DNA of 63,896 bases, counting the filler, from Vannella sp. (Eukaryota): assembly GCA_023345925.1 (NCBI GenBank). It is 9 parts of 9 records of this genome, joined end to end, with 100 filler letters (N's around TTAATTAATTAA, not from the genome) between each part and the next. Parts side by side here need not be neighbours in the genome. Positions count along the whole stretch, not along the records: positions 21,396 to 34,646 come from JAJQQN010001038.1; positions 34,747 to 38,730 come from JAJQQN010000238.1; 7 more parts are not named here. One strand, written 5' to 3'. Of this stretch, positions 23,616 to 35,679 are shown in pieces. Within the stretch, counting starts at the first letter, position 1, and the number at the start of each line of letters is the position of its first letter. The position numbers were made by a program, and so were the translations under genes. The notes below the pieces were generated by a model. It did no database searches and was not told the DNA's origin. It saw only the letters and a program-made list of their open reading frames with translations.

Positions 23616-24200
23616 ATGGGAGATGTTTACAGACTTGTGATTATTGGAGGTGAGCAGGTGGGCAAGTATTCGCTGGCCACCCAGCTCACCCAACATCACT
23701 TTGTTCGCTTCGACGGCGAAGGTGAGGGGAAGGAAAGGTTTGCTGACAAATTTCGGAAGGAGGTTGCGATTGATCACCGTGCGTGTGTCCTCGACATTTC
23801 CCTTTTCTTCCACAAGGATAATGATGACTGCAACTACATCCACCGGGGTTATAGAAGGGATGGACAAGGGTTCCTCTTCATGTTCTCCATCACCTCTCGC
23901 ACTTCCTTCGAAGGGATTGCCCTTGACCATAAGGAAGTCCGACACGTCAGAGATGAGGATTGGTTTCCCATGGTTCTGGTGGGGAACAAATGCGACTTGG
24001 AGGAGGAACGAGAAGTGGCTGAAAGTGAGTCTGAAGAGTTGGCCACTTTCTACCAATGCCCGGTTTTCGACACCTCAGCCAAAGACTGTGTTAACGTGGA
24101 AGAGGCTTTTTACGAGCTTGTCAGGGAGATACGAAAGGACATCCAAGCCAACGCCAGGCTAAACAAGGATAGAAAGAAGGACCACTGCTCTCTCTCATAA
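23616..24200 (+). CDS. Divergent Ras-like small GTPase
   Basis: YRLVIIGGEQVGK, GQGFLFMFSITSRTSF, PMVLVGNKCDLE, TSAK, EEAFYELVREIR, C-terminal CSLS. Confidence 0.9.
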   Translation: MGDVYRLVIIGGEQVGKYSLATQLTQHHFVRFDGEGEGKERFADKFRKEVAIDHRACVLDISLFFHKDNDDCNYIHRGYRRDGQGFLFMFSITSRTSFEGIALDHKEVRHVRDEDWFPMVLVGNKCDLEEEREVAESESEELATFYQCPVFDTSAKDCVNVEEAFYELVREIRKDIQANARLNKDRKKDHCSLS

Positions 24201-24468
24201 CAGTCTGCAATCACGTCCCATTCTGTCCTCTTTGAACCTTGGTATCTGCACCCGCCCCTCCTTCACCTTCTGCCAAGGAGGAAACTACACAACTCTGCTT
24301 TCATTCTTGCTGCCCCATCACTATGCTTGGCTTCAGCTCCCAAGCTCGGAGCCCTTCTGGTCATCACAGAGTGAGCTTGACCCTCAAAGAACGTTACATA
24401 AGGAGGTCTTGTTTGTGAACTTGTTTGAAGGAGGGAGAAACCTTGCAGGTTTATCACCAGCGGTGGCT

Positions 24469-24747
24469 TTACAGCTTGAGGAACTGGTCCAAGGTTTCCA
24501 TCTCAATGGCAAGATCAAACGCCTCGTAGTCTCCACAATAAGTGCTGCCACGAGCAATCTGGGGAGGGAGAGCACGTTCGTTGCCAACAATTTGCCTCAT
24601 CCGGTCCTTCTCGTTCGAGTCGGCAGTGATGTCCACCTTGTTGTAAGGGATCTTCTTTCCATCAAGAATCATCTCGATTCGCTGTTGCTGCTTCTTGGTC
24701 TCCAAGTTTGAGGTAACAGAGGCGTAGAAGACGGTGAGCTCAGACAT
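24469..24747 (-). CDS. SH3BGR-like (thioredoxin-fold) protein
   Basis: VFYASVTSNLETKKQQQRI..KIPY..VDIT..ALPPQI..YCGDYEAF..AIE..FLKL. Confidence 0.9.
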   Translation of the reverse strand: MSELTVFYASVTSNLETKKQQQRIEMILDGKKIPYNKVDITADSNEKDRMRQIVGNERALPPQIARGSTYCGDYEAFDLAIEMETLDQFLKL

Positions 24748-24818
24748 CGGACAGCGAATGAGCCGAGAAATCGGATTGGTTGCTATGGAAATCACGGTTG
24801 CTAGGTACATGTGCCCAT

Positions 24819-26138
24819 TTATGGATTTAAAAGTTCTTGGCATTCTAGTGCTGTGAGCCATTGGTAGTCCAAGTTAAATCCCTGTCCTTTGCATGCGAGA
24901 TAGATTTTGCCATCGTTTGGCTCGCTGGAGAGTTTGGACTTGACCCAATAGCCGTTGCTGAGAACCTTGCCGATGAAGGGCTCAGATGGAGAGGAGGAGG
25001 GTGGATTCAATGTAAAACTGATCGCTCGTTCGTCTTTCAGAAGGCCATTCACTTCCAGTGACTGATCCACTTCGTGGAGGAGAATCTCGTTAACTGCAAG
25101 GCCCCGATTGTCAGGTTCTTTCATGTTGCTGTAGCTTGAGTCTGCCGTGACCACTTGAATCCCTTCAGAGTCTTGAATGATAGAAGGAGAGTCACCATGA
25201 GGGGAGTGCCCGACGAGGACTCGAGTGATACCATTGTCGAGAAGGTACTGAGCAGTCTCCTTTGCCAAGTCCTTGGGGTTTCCATTGTCCAGGAAGGTCG
25301 CATAGACGACCGTACGATCCCCATTTCCACCAGGAACACCATAATCCATCAGCGCGTCGCCACCTCGTTGTCCACGAAGAGTTACAGGGTCAGGAAGCTC
25401 TTTCCAAGTGGGCTGTTGGTCATACTCGTCAAGTTGCTTTCCAATCCACTCATTCAACCTCTTCTCCCACTCATTCACACCGTAAACATCCTCTTCGCCT
25501 GGAACACGGCCGTAGTTCCGTTCATTCACAGCACCGTGGACGATGAGGGTGCTTCCAACTCGAAAGGCGAGCTTTCCTGCTCGCAAGTAGCGATACATGA
25601 AGTTGTCCTCTCCAGTGGGAGAGATGCTGTCGAGGAAGCTCTTCACCACTGCATTGTTGGAGCTGTCCTTCCCTGCCTGAGCGAGTTCTTCACGTCGGAG
25701 GTGGAAGGTTGTAGCGGAACCCATTGTTTCTGCTAGCATCCACTTTAGGCGGGAGGTAGATGAGTCCTGGAGACCTTCCTTCTCCAAGTATTGGTCAAAC
25801 GAGACACGCTTCTCCTCAGGAGTCCAGTAAGCAGGAGAAAGAGTCTCTGAGCTGACCAGCTCAGAAGAGAAGCGAAGCTTGTTGGCATCCCGGTTACCAA
25901 TGATGAGCTGTACACGCTCTGGGTAGTCCTCTTTCAACTGGAGCAGGTCCTTCACAAAGCGGATGTCGCCGTTCCCCTTGTCCACGCTGTCTCCGCCAAA
26001 GATGAAGCCAAACGGCTCCCGCAGAGTCAACTTTCCATTCGCCTCTCTTTCCAAGGCCTTAGATAACGCAATGTACCGGTTCCAGTAGGTCGCATTGCCC
26101 TCCACGTCGGTGACATACGCCCACACGCGCGTTGCCAT
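24819..26138 (-). CDS. Calcineurin-like metallophosphoesterase
   Basis: TDVEGN, GGDSVDKG, IGNRD, VHG, VGHSPHG motifs. Confidence 0.82.
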   Translation of the reverse strand: MATRVWAYVTDVEGNATYWNRYIALSKALEREANGKLTLREPFGFIFGGDSVDKGNGDIRFVKDLLQLKEDYPERVQLIIGNRDANKLRFSSELVSSETLSPAYWTPEEKRVSFDQYLEKEGLQDSSTSRLKWMLAETMGSATTFHLRREELAQAGKDSSNNAVVKSFLDSISPTGEDNFMYRYLRAGKLAFRVGSTLIVHGAVNERNYGRVPGEEDVYGVNEWEKRLNEWIGKQLDEYDQQPTWKELPDPVTLRGQRGGDALMDYGVPGGNGDRTVVYATFLDNGNPKDLAKETAQYLLDNGITRVLVGHSPHGDSPSIIQDSEGIQVVTADSSYSNMKEPDNRGLAVNEILLHEVDQSLEVNGLLKDERAISFTLNPPSSSPSEPFIGKVLSNGYWVKSKLSSEPNDGKIYLACKGQGFNLDYQWLTALECQELLNP

Positions 26139-26242
26139 TCTCTTCGTGGTGGCAGGAAATGGCTCCGAGAGCCGACCAAGGGAAGTAAAACAAGTGCTGA
26201 GGGGAAGTGAGCGCAAGATGGGACAGTTGAGCGAGGTGGGGA

Positions 26243-27257
26243 ATGAAAGGCGCGTTCTCGGTGTTGATGATCGAACCAACCCACTTCTGCTTCAATGAAG
26301 AGGCGGCGGAGGACAACTTGTACATGAACAAACCTGATCTTGATGCGGCGACCATCCAAGGGAAGGTGCGCGCCAGAAGGGAGAGGGGGAAAGTCCTTTC
26401 TGACAGAAGGATAGGCGATGGAAGAGTTTGAGGCTCTTAGTCAGGCTCTCAGTGATGCTGGAGTAGTGGTTCATCGGTTCTTTTCTCCAGAGGGCTGTGC
26501 AGATGGTGTGTGGCCAAACAACTGGCTCGCGACGATTCCTGATGACGAGGGTGGGCCTTCCACTTTGCCACTATGCTTGATCTGACCTACTGGTGATCTA
26601 GACATGTGTGGATATGCTCTATTCCCCATGAAGAGTGCCATCAGGCGAAGAGAACGCGAAAATCCAGAGGTTCTCCAGTTTCTCTCTCAACGATATCCTC
26701 GTGGCCTTCTTAGGGATTGGTCAGAGGATAACGAAGAGAAGGGTATGTTCTTAGAAGGAACGGGGAGCCTGGTTATCGACCACTCAAACAGAGTGGCGTA
26801 CGCGTGCATCTCCGAACGAACTGATCTTGATCTCTCTCGAAGGTGGGCGGACTTCCACCGCTACGAGTTGGTCTCCTTCCATGCCTCAGACAAGGGGGTG
26901 CCCGTGTATCACACCAACGTGGTCATGGCCATTGGCCAATCGTTAGCTGTGGTGGCTCTTGAGTTAATGAGCAAAGAAGACCAACACCTCGTTCAGGAGA
27001 AGCTGGAGGCTGGAGGAAAGGTTGTCATACCCATCAGCGCACAGCAAACCAATGAGTTTTGCGGAAACATTCTCGAACTGAGCTGCCCTGATGGTCGCCT
27101 CCTGGCCATGAGCAGCCGTGCCTTTCGTGCATTCACTTCTGAGCAATTAAGTCAAATGCGCGCAAGCGGCATAGAAAAGATAGTGCACGCTGATATCAGC
27201 ACTCTCGAAAACATTGGGGGAGGGAGCTGCCGTTGTATGCTGGCGGAACTATTCTAA
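26243..27257 (+). CDS. Amidinotransferase/arginine deiminase-fold protein (CtlX-like), 2 introns
   Basis: VLMIEPTHFCFNEE, DGVWPNNW, FPMKSAIRRRER, LEGTGSLVID, YHTNVVMAIG, GGGSCRCMLAELF. Confidence 0.85.
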
Positions 27258-27355
27258 TTCAACAATTCTCCTCGTTGGTGGTTTGGTATAATACATGACT
27301 ATCTCTTGGATGCCTGGTCCGTGGTTTGGTATAATACATAGCTATCGTCTCGTTT

Positions 27356-29417
27356 TTACGCCTTAGGTAGAGTACTACACTTGATGATGGGGTACACAAT
27401 ACTCCCATCGGTAGAGGTCACGCCGTCGCTCCTCCACTTCTCGTAAGCCTGCAAAGCTTTCCGGTAGCTTTCAAGAGATTTCCCTGCATAAGGCTATTCT
27501 TCATGAGAAAGGTTGCTCCTTTGCTTCTCTTGGAAATCTTACCAAGAGGAGACGGAAATTAGGATCTTGTGAGACAGCCTCAGGTCGACTTAGAAGCTTT
27601 TTGATAATTCTCATCTTCTCTCCGACTGCGTTAAAGTGGTTCCAATCAGTCACTAATGTGTGGCGGAGAAGAGTTCCTTTCTCTGACGATTGGACTACTT
27701 TTTGTCAATCTCACACTAACTTCTTCCGGCTCTCTTACCATTCTCCATGGATCCCACAACAGTTTCAAAGGTGAAGACTCGATAGATAAGTAGATGCTGA
27801 AATACGATCCGAACATCCCCGTTCCAGTGAAGAAAGAAGCGGAAGAAGTGGTTCAGGAAGATCTCTGAAATGATGGCGTCCCTCTCCCTGGGTGGGAAGA
27901 TGTCGATGTTGCTAAAGAAAGCCACCCTGTTGGACAGGGCAAACCGAATGTGGAGTGACTTACTTGTACAGAAAGATAAGCGCTGCCAAAAGTGTGTTAA
28001 AGTGTTCGTTATCCACAAGGAGTATGTGAATGGCTCTTCGGAGGAAGTGATAATCTACAGATGGAGGTAGTTGGGAGAGGTGATGCTTCTTGCGGCAAGT
28101 CGAGAACCACTCCTCCATGCGCTGGATGCTGGAAGCTGTTGCTGTGGTATCGTACAGATTTGTTGCCTCCAAACCTATCTTTAAGAAAGGGCTCAATAGT
28201 CTGATGTTGTAGAGCAGTGGCTTTGAGAGCGCCAAGGTGTTCTTGGAGAATAGAGGTGCTTCTCGAGCCATATCGACTAGAACAGGCTGAATGAGGTCGT
28301 AGTACCCAGGTAGGAGGTCCCAACTGGTGCTATTCTTGGTCATGTATGTTGCATAGTACATGAGCTCTGTCAGAAAGCGATATCGCGTGGCTCGATCGTT
28401 GGTGAAGGTGGTGATCCAACTGTTAGTGGTTTTGGCTAAGTTCTCGAGGCGCAGGAACTCTGGGCTCTTTGGAAGCTCCGCCAGAGCTAACTTAAAGTTA
28501 CAGAAGACCTGAATGCTGCGTGAGGACTGCCCACTGGCTCCTGCACTTTCTGCAGTCGACCGAGTAGCTTCCTCCGTGGTCTGTTCGCGGATGACCTCTT
28601 CGAGCATCTGCGTGACTTTAAGCATCCTATATCGTTCTTCCTTGTCAGCAATTGGCTCGCCTTCTCCGTCAGGAGCAGGACTAGAAGGTTCCTCAACCTC
28701 CTGATCGACAGGGATAGGACTGAGAGCATGTAGTAGCGTGCTTGTGACATGTCCGATGTAGCAGTATCCCATCACTATGCAGAGAGGTGAGAAGGATCGC
28801 TATTACCGTCACCCAAGACTGGACTCACCAATCGCACTGATGCAGAAGGAAGTCAGCTGCGGATAGAGGCCGGTCCCGGCGAGTTTGTCTCCAGCGTAAG
28901 TTTGGACTTTGTATAGAAGTGTTCGGTACATTCCCATCACCTCACTCATGCGTGGGCCGCATGTTATCGACATGCCCCCACATCGATCTTCCTGGATTTC
29001 TGTCTTGGTTCAGTCCCCAGCCTGGTGTAGGTTTGTCACTGTTCTCACCAAGAGTGGAGACGTCAAATTCACGTCGGTGAAGCACGTAGATGATAGCACT
29101 GAAGTACATCTTGCGGTCCTTGAAGCTGGCCCCATCAACATGGTCAATCAAGTAGTTGGCACTACATCATGCAGTGAGTACAGTATACGGTACGTCCTCT
29201 GGTCGTAGTACCATTTGAGGAGGGCAAGGCAACCCAAAGAGCGATCAGATGGCGACTTGTACAGAAACCCCTCTTTCTCCAAGAAGGGCAGGAGCTTCTC
29301 AAGGTTCTCCAATCGCTCCCGATAGCTCATTCCCTTGCTATTACTTGTAATTTGCTCCACAAGCTTGCGGAAGCCCATCTTCCAGTAGACAAACGTCGTT
29401 GAGTCACCCCAACCCAT
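27356..29417 (-). CDS. Multi-exon uncharacterised protein, C-terminus DUF1765-like
   Basis: ORFs 29148-29420, 28942-29151, 27960-28775 and 27716-28018 linked by short GT-AG introns; FFRFFLHWNGDVRIVFQHLLIYR; ends PIIKCSTLPKA*. Confidence 0.6.
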
Positions 29418-29597
29418 CAAGGAGAATAAAATAACTCCAATAAATGAAAGGAGGTAGAAATTGGTAGAAGTGAGAATGGCGAATTTGGGATTTTGTTCCC
29501 AGCCAATCGCGTGGTGACGAAAAGCGTAACGGGCGATTCGCTGGTTGACAGCAGTGGCAGTTGGGCCATACTCTCTTGGTCTCCCCCTGTAAGCATC

Positions 29598-30011
29598 ATG
29601 TCCACGTCAGAAGATGCCCCCATTCTCCCTTTGGCTCGCGTCAAGAAGATTGCCAAGAACGCTCCCGATGTGAAGACTATTAGCACAAACGGCAACGTGA
29701 TGATTGCCAAGGCTACTGTAGGATACCACGACTATCGAGTACACCAGTGCTCACTCGACTCTAGGAACTCTTCATTAGCAAGATCGCGGAGGACGCTTAC
29801 AAACATACTCAGGCTGGCAAGAGGAAGGTTGTGAAAGTAGACGATGTCGGTATGTAGAACAGAGGGATGACTGAGAGTTTCCTAACATGATGTAGTGGCT
29901 GCTTTGGAGGAGGAGGATTGTTTCTCCTTCCTGGCGGAACACTTTGACACCATCGCGCCCACACGTGGACAAGCTCCCGCCGCCACCAAGAAGCAAACCA
30001 AACTTCGTTAA
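29598..30011 (+). CDS. Histone-fold protein (NF-YC/POLE4/CHRAC1-like), 2 introns
   Basis: LPLARVKKIAK..PDV..IS....MIAKAT|ELFISKIAEDAY...KRKVVKVDDV|VAALEEEDCFSFL. Confidence 0.85.
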
Positions 30012-30211
30012 GCTTCTTCACTTCACGTGTACGAGTATCCACACCCTTTGTCTTCTGTTAAAAGACGATTCGCCCTTCCTTCATCAAACCAGCTCCACAC
30101 CCTTTTCATCTTCTGCTTGATACCGTCTGTGCTCGGTCTTGAGGGACCTTAAACGATCAAAGAGACATGAAAGGGGATGTTGTTATTGCAACCGCCCCTG
30201 TGGGGAGGAAT

Positions 30212-32208
30212 TTATGCATCGCGGGATCCCATGTTGGGGACCTTTGGTCCACCAGCTTCCTTGGACATGATAATCTGATCCACCTGGAGAATGGTCACTG
30301 CAGTATCAGCAGCGAGCTTGAGTACCCATTGCTTGGCAAGGAGGAGATCATAAACGCCGAGCTCAATGGCATCAGTAACGGTGCCCTCTTCAATGTTGAT
30401 GCCCGCATTGCTGTTGCCTGCCTGGTGAGCCGCAATCATTGAAGTGACGACTGCTGTGGCATCAAATCCAGCATTCTCCGCCAGGGTGCGGGGAATGATC
30501 TGAAGAGCCTCGGCAAACTTGTTGATCGCGTACTACGGGTGATCAGCCACAGAAGCAATGACAAGGGCTTATTGACCTACCTGATCAAGACCGGGGCATT
30601 CTTCGCCGAAGGGTTGGAGTCGCTTGGCCAGCTCGACTTCCATGGCACCAGCACCTGGAACTAAGCGTCCATCGCGGATGGTGGCCTTGAAAACACTGAC
30701 AGCGTCATCTGAACTCACATGTGAGCACTGCATAAGAGAGAAGCTTCAAGAGGGGCCCTACCGATGGCACGTTCAACATCATCAAGGATATTGTGAGTGC
30801 TTCCTCGGACGAGGATTGTGCTGACCTTGCAGCGCTCGGAACTGTTGCGGAACACAGTGACACGAGTGCTTCCGATCTCTTCCACAGATACCTCATCACT
30901 GGCACCGAGCTCTTCTGCAGAAGGCTTGCCGAGGCGGAGGAGGCCGCTGGCACCGGTTGCTCGGCAGATTCTTCGGAGCTGGAACTTGCTGCTCTCCTTG
31001 ATAACCATGATGTTGAACTTTTCGCAATAGTGAAGAGCGAGGGCCGACACGGCACCACCAGCAACGATCACATTCGCTCCGCTATCGGCAATGGACTTGA
31101 TGGCCTCTTCCATCAGCTGCTCCTCTCCCTTTGAGTAAGCGAGGAGCTCGTCTGCATTGGTGAGAAGAACGGTTCCCTTTGTCTCTGATTTGCTGGGCTC
31201 CAAAGGTCCACCATACACGGCAATCTTGGCGTTCTTGACATGTTTGATGTTTCCTGCAAGAGGGAGCCATTAGAGGGTGCCTCACGCACTTCAATCACCA
31301 ATATTTACCTTCGGCATCCTTTGCGAGAGCAAACCCACGAATCAGAACGCTGTCACTGACACCAGCACCGAGAACTTTGCAGATGCGAATGTTGTCCACG
31401 ACAAAGTCTTTGGGGTTGCTGGGAAGGATGTGGATACATGCTTGTGCAACTAAAGGAACAATGATATCCTCCCAGCCGTACAACTTTGCAGCTACAGCCG
31501 TGCGCAAAGCCTTGCTGACCTCTGCCACGTTCGTGATGTCCTTAACAGTATCCACAGTCAGCTCTGAGCAACGAGCGAGGAACCCCCAAGAGTCAGTAAA
31601 TCGTGGAAAATACAACAAAAATGACAGCCCCTGCCAGGTCACGGGGCCCTTCTCAAGTGTGGTGATCAAGGCGATCGCGCTCTGTTCTCACCTTCGAGGA
31701 ACTCCAAAGACTTCTCGAGAGCCTTATTGTAACCTGTGATGATGTCGCTAGTGTGTAGGCCCTGGAAGATCAGAGTGGAGGCTTGTTGCAAGAGTTCTCC
31801 ACAAAGAATCACCACAAGGTTGGTGTTGTCGCCAATCTAGGAATGGTGAGTTGGTTGGTATATGTGGCAAGTGTTTCAGGTACCTCCTGCTCCATCTGCT
31901 TGGCAGCCATGACAATCATGCGGGCCGCGGGGTGGGCAACCTCCAGCTCGTTCATGATCACAGCTGCATCACTGGTAACGAAGAGCTTCTCAATATGGTT
32001 GATGATCATCTTCTTCATGCCTACCACACATCCACCCATCAATCCCAAAGCTCCATCACCACTCCTCCAAGAGCAACGCACCATTGGGGCCCAGCGACGT
32101 CCGCACAATGTTACTCAGCTCATTGCACGCTTCAATGTTCCGTAAGACAGACTCCTCCACCCCAGAGAAGTGTCGTGATCCCTCCTTCAGCAAATCCGAC
32201 AAACTCAT
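30212..32208 (-). CDS. CCT8: Chaperonin CCT subunit theta, 6 introns
   Basis: GVEESVLRNIEAC..VRTSLGPNGMKKMIINHIEKLFVTSDAA; FVVDNIRICKVLG; SKFQLRRIC; LQVDQIIMSKEAGGPK. Confidence 0.95.
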
Positions 32209-32308
32209 GACCTCCCACAAGCGACCAAAAAGAAGAGAAAGCAAATCATTTAATTATCCAACCGCTCTGATACGTCGGAATAGCCATTAGTTAAGCAGGC
32301 TTTGTGGG

Positions 32309-34646
32309 ATGCAGCCGGGGGAGAAGGACATCAACTTCCCCGCCCTTCCTTGGGAAGTGGACCGCACGGTGGCTGCTCCGGAAGAGTTCAACTCACCGGG
32401 AGACTATCTGCAGCAAGTGACCAACTTTCAGTTCCAAGTGACGGCCACGCGGGTCATCTTCTCGCATATCAACAACGTACGCGCTCATTTTTGGGTGCAT
32501 GAGGGTGTTGCTGCGCTGACAGATCGTAGGAAACAACATGTGTGAAGGAGCTTATTCCCATGAGCGAGGGAGACAACTTTGCTCAGTTGGTAAGGCTTGT
32601 GGCCACGCTTTCGCAGAACTACCCCGAGTCCGCTGTCACGTCGTTGCTGCTGTGGCGCAGGACAATGAACCCCTTTGCTGAGATCTCTGCAGCAGACCAT
32701 ATCAAGACCCAGAAAGCTTCCTCACACGGGAAAGAGTAAGAGCAGGGTGTTTACGGTCTCCAGTCCCGTTCCCTGTCAGAGTGGCTCATCTAATCTCATC
32801 TTTAGTGCCAAGGGCTCTCGTAAACCTGATGACGTCGGAATGGAGGAGCGCCAGAGTGTGAGTTGCTCTTGGGGGTTGACGTCCCTTCGGTTTCTGACTT
32901 GTTCTTTGGGCGGGTTGCAGTTGATCGTTGACTACATCTTTGGACAGTTAGTGACCCGTATCCTCTGCTATTACGATGGACAGAACATCAAGGAGGGAAC
33001 TGTGGATACACTGGAGCGTGCCTTGTTCAAGGTGTTCCTGAACAGTCCCGTCTCTAAGGGTACTGCAATCAATCTGAACCGAGAAGTTGTTGTAGGCCTC
33101 TTCAAGGAGATGCTAGGTCAGGTGGCACGGTTCAGGTAAGCCCCTCTTCTGGAATGTTTGGCACAAAACTGACGGCCAGGAAGGATCCATCAGGTGATGG
33201 ACAAGTTCCTCTCAAACTACAATGCAAACTTGAAGAACCCTTCTTCACTTGCTCAGCTGGTTGATGGAATGGAGAGAGTCCGCGTAAATGAGCAAGTGGA
33301 GGAAGAAGTTTGTGCCGGTTGCCAGACCTTTAACCTACTTGCACCTCATTTTCGTGCTTTGTTAGTCAAACAGAAGAAGTCTGAGATTAAGAACGCTCTC
33401 AGTGCTCTTTTGGCATCGATCTACGCTCCACTGGCGAATGCATCTCTCACTAGCGTGAACGAAAACGGGCGTGCATCCGCCAGGACTCAATTTGAGGTGA
33501 TTGAAATCAATTGGAAAAAGGACAAAGGCCATCATCTTCTTCCCTTCGCAGTAGCCAGTTTGTGTGCAACTTCAGCGGCCACTTTTCACGAGAAGTTTCC
33601 GTCCTTCTTGGAGGCAGTTCTGCAACCTCCAAAGGACCCTGCTGTCAGAATATCACAGCTAGAAGCTTTGTTCACATTGGTGTACTCTAGTTTCACCAAG
33701 TTTGACGTTAAGAATGAAGGCGGGCGCCAGAAGATTCGGGGTGCGGTTGCCTCTCAATTGTTGGCCAATTGCAAGAAGCCTCCGTACCCAATGGAGCTTG
33801 AGCACATCGATGTTATTGTGGATATCATCCAGTTATTGGCAGTGTTTGATGTGGAGTCGACAGTGGCGAGTATTGTTGTCCCAATTCTCCAATTGACATC
33901 ATCCCCAGAAACTCTGGTGGTTGGAATGGTCTCTTTGATGAAGATCTACACTCAGCTGACGGCTGATAGCACCAAAGAGATCTATATCTCGCCAATGATG
34001 CTTCCGTTCTACTCGAATCCACGTTGCGAGTTCCGCAAGAAGATTCTTCATACTCTCATAGCCAGCACAGACAAGGCAAGCTCCCGGATTGGAGAATCTC
34101 ACATCAAACAAGTGAGCCAGTGCGTTGGAGCCACAATGACCCAGCTCCACCCTCAAGCAGCACTTTTCAGCAAGGCTCAAGGCTATATTGACTTGGAGAC
34201 AATACCTAGAGACAAGATGTTCCAGATTTATGGCTTGGAGGCAGCCATTGGATGCCTTCGAACAGCTATTCCAGGAGGGGTTCATTGTATGGAGATTCTT
34301 GGCATTCTTTGCCAGAATACGATTCACTCTTACCCAGGTCTGGCCAACACTTCGACTGATATCCTGCGCGACATTGTTACCCGGAGGCCATCTTTCAGAA
34401 GCTCAGTGGCTCATTCATTCTCACGCTTTGCTCGATTTGTACCGGATACAGAGCCGCAACTGATGTCAAAGAATGCGGAAAACATCCTGCAACTCCTTCG
34501 GATTTGGTTTCACCAGCTGGAAGGTGGCTCATACGAAAGGGAGTCTCGCTTTGATTTTGAAGTTCAGCCGGAGACTCCAGAAGTCAACTTTGCCCAGCTT
34601 GATGCATTAGGAATCCTTTACATGTGCAGTCCTTTGGTTCATACTC
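32309..34646 (+). CDS. Furry/Tao3/MOR2-PAG1-like scaffold, N-terminal part (4 introns; 3' truncated)
   Basis: SLLLWRR, EERQS|LIVDYIF, NREVVVGLFKEMLGQVARFR, then helical repeats; exons join through GT-AG introns. Confidence 0.6.
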
Positions 34647-34746
34647 NNNNNNNNNNNNNNNNNNNNNNNNNNNNNNNNNNNNNNNNNNNNTTAATTAATT
34701 AANNNNNNNNNNNNNNNNNNNNNNNNNNNNNNNNNNNNNNNNNNNN
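34647..34746. other. Artificial contig linker
   Basis: 44N-TTAATTAATTAA-44N. Confidence 0.98.
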
Positions 34747-35679
34747 GGAACCCTTTCAGACAGTTTAAGGACTTCCACTGATTAGCGGGCCGGAGCTGGA
34801 TGAGGTCTTCCTCCAAGATGTAATGGTGCTCCCCCCCTAACACAGAGATCCGCTCTTGCACCTGCAACGAACTCACCATCTTGGAAAGAAGGATCCTCCC
34901 CTTTCGTCTCCCGCCAACCTGACCTGTCTGGGGAAGGCATCAGCTCTTGTTCAGCATCATGATGCGATTACAATCAACAAGCGCCGAGCAACGTATCAGG
35001 ACTATCACAGAAGTCTGGAAGATGGAATCCAGTTCGTTCGCTCAAACCGCGGCTGAGTCCGTCATGGGGCGCCTTCCTGGCCCCCTTCCCTCCTTTCTAA
35101 TCCCAAGTAACTTCATCCAGTTGCTAGAGTATCGTAGAAGAGCGACAGTTGTGCTTAACAACACTGAGGAGACGAACATCCAAGTCATCAAACTGAAAGT
35201 TCCGAAGATCTTGTGGAAAAGGCACATTCAAGTCACTCATGAGCTCCCTTTGAATGTCCGCCTTGTTAGTTTGAAGAAGCAGACGCTAAAAGAGACAACC
35301 AGCGCGTTCTCTTCCGCCTGATGAACATCTTTGCTGTTGGTGAACATCCTCTCTGGTCTCAAACTGCCACTGTGGACTTGAACCGCCTCTTTTCACCTCC
35401 TCTCTACTTGGTACGTCTTTCAAAGAGTGTGAGCACTCGTTTCTCATCCCAAACAGTCTTCTATCGAACAACGCACTCTCACTTGGATGATGCCAAGCTC
35501 ATCAAACATCTGCCTGTTTGAAGAACGCGGCCAGAACAACAACAACATCCCATTTCAGATGATCATAAGGAGGGCTGGACTCGTGTGAACCTCCACTCCA
35601 TGCAGATTCGCACGTTTTGGGCGTTCATCGAAGTGAATAAGACACTTTTCGTTACAAAATAGTCTTTTTTGAAGTCCAG

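Noticed and set aside
27278..27339. 19-nt direct repeat GTGGTTTGGTATAATACAT
   Set aside because: Two copies in a short convergent intergenic gap; likely a local duplication with no sign of a mobile element.
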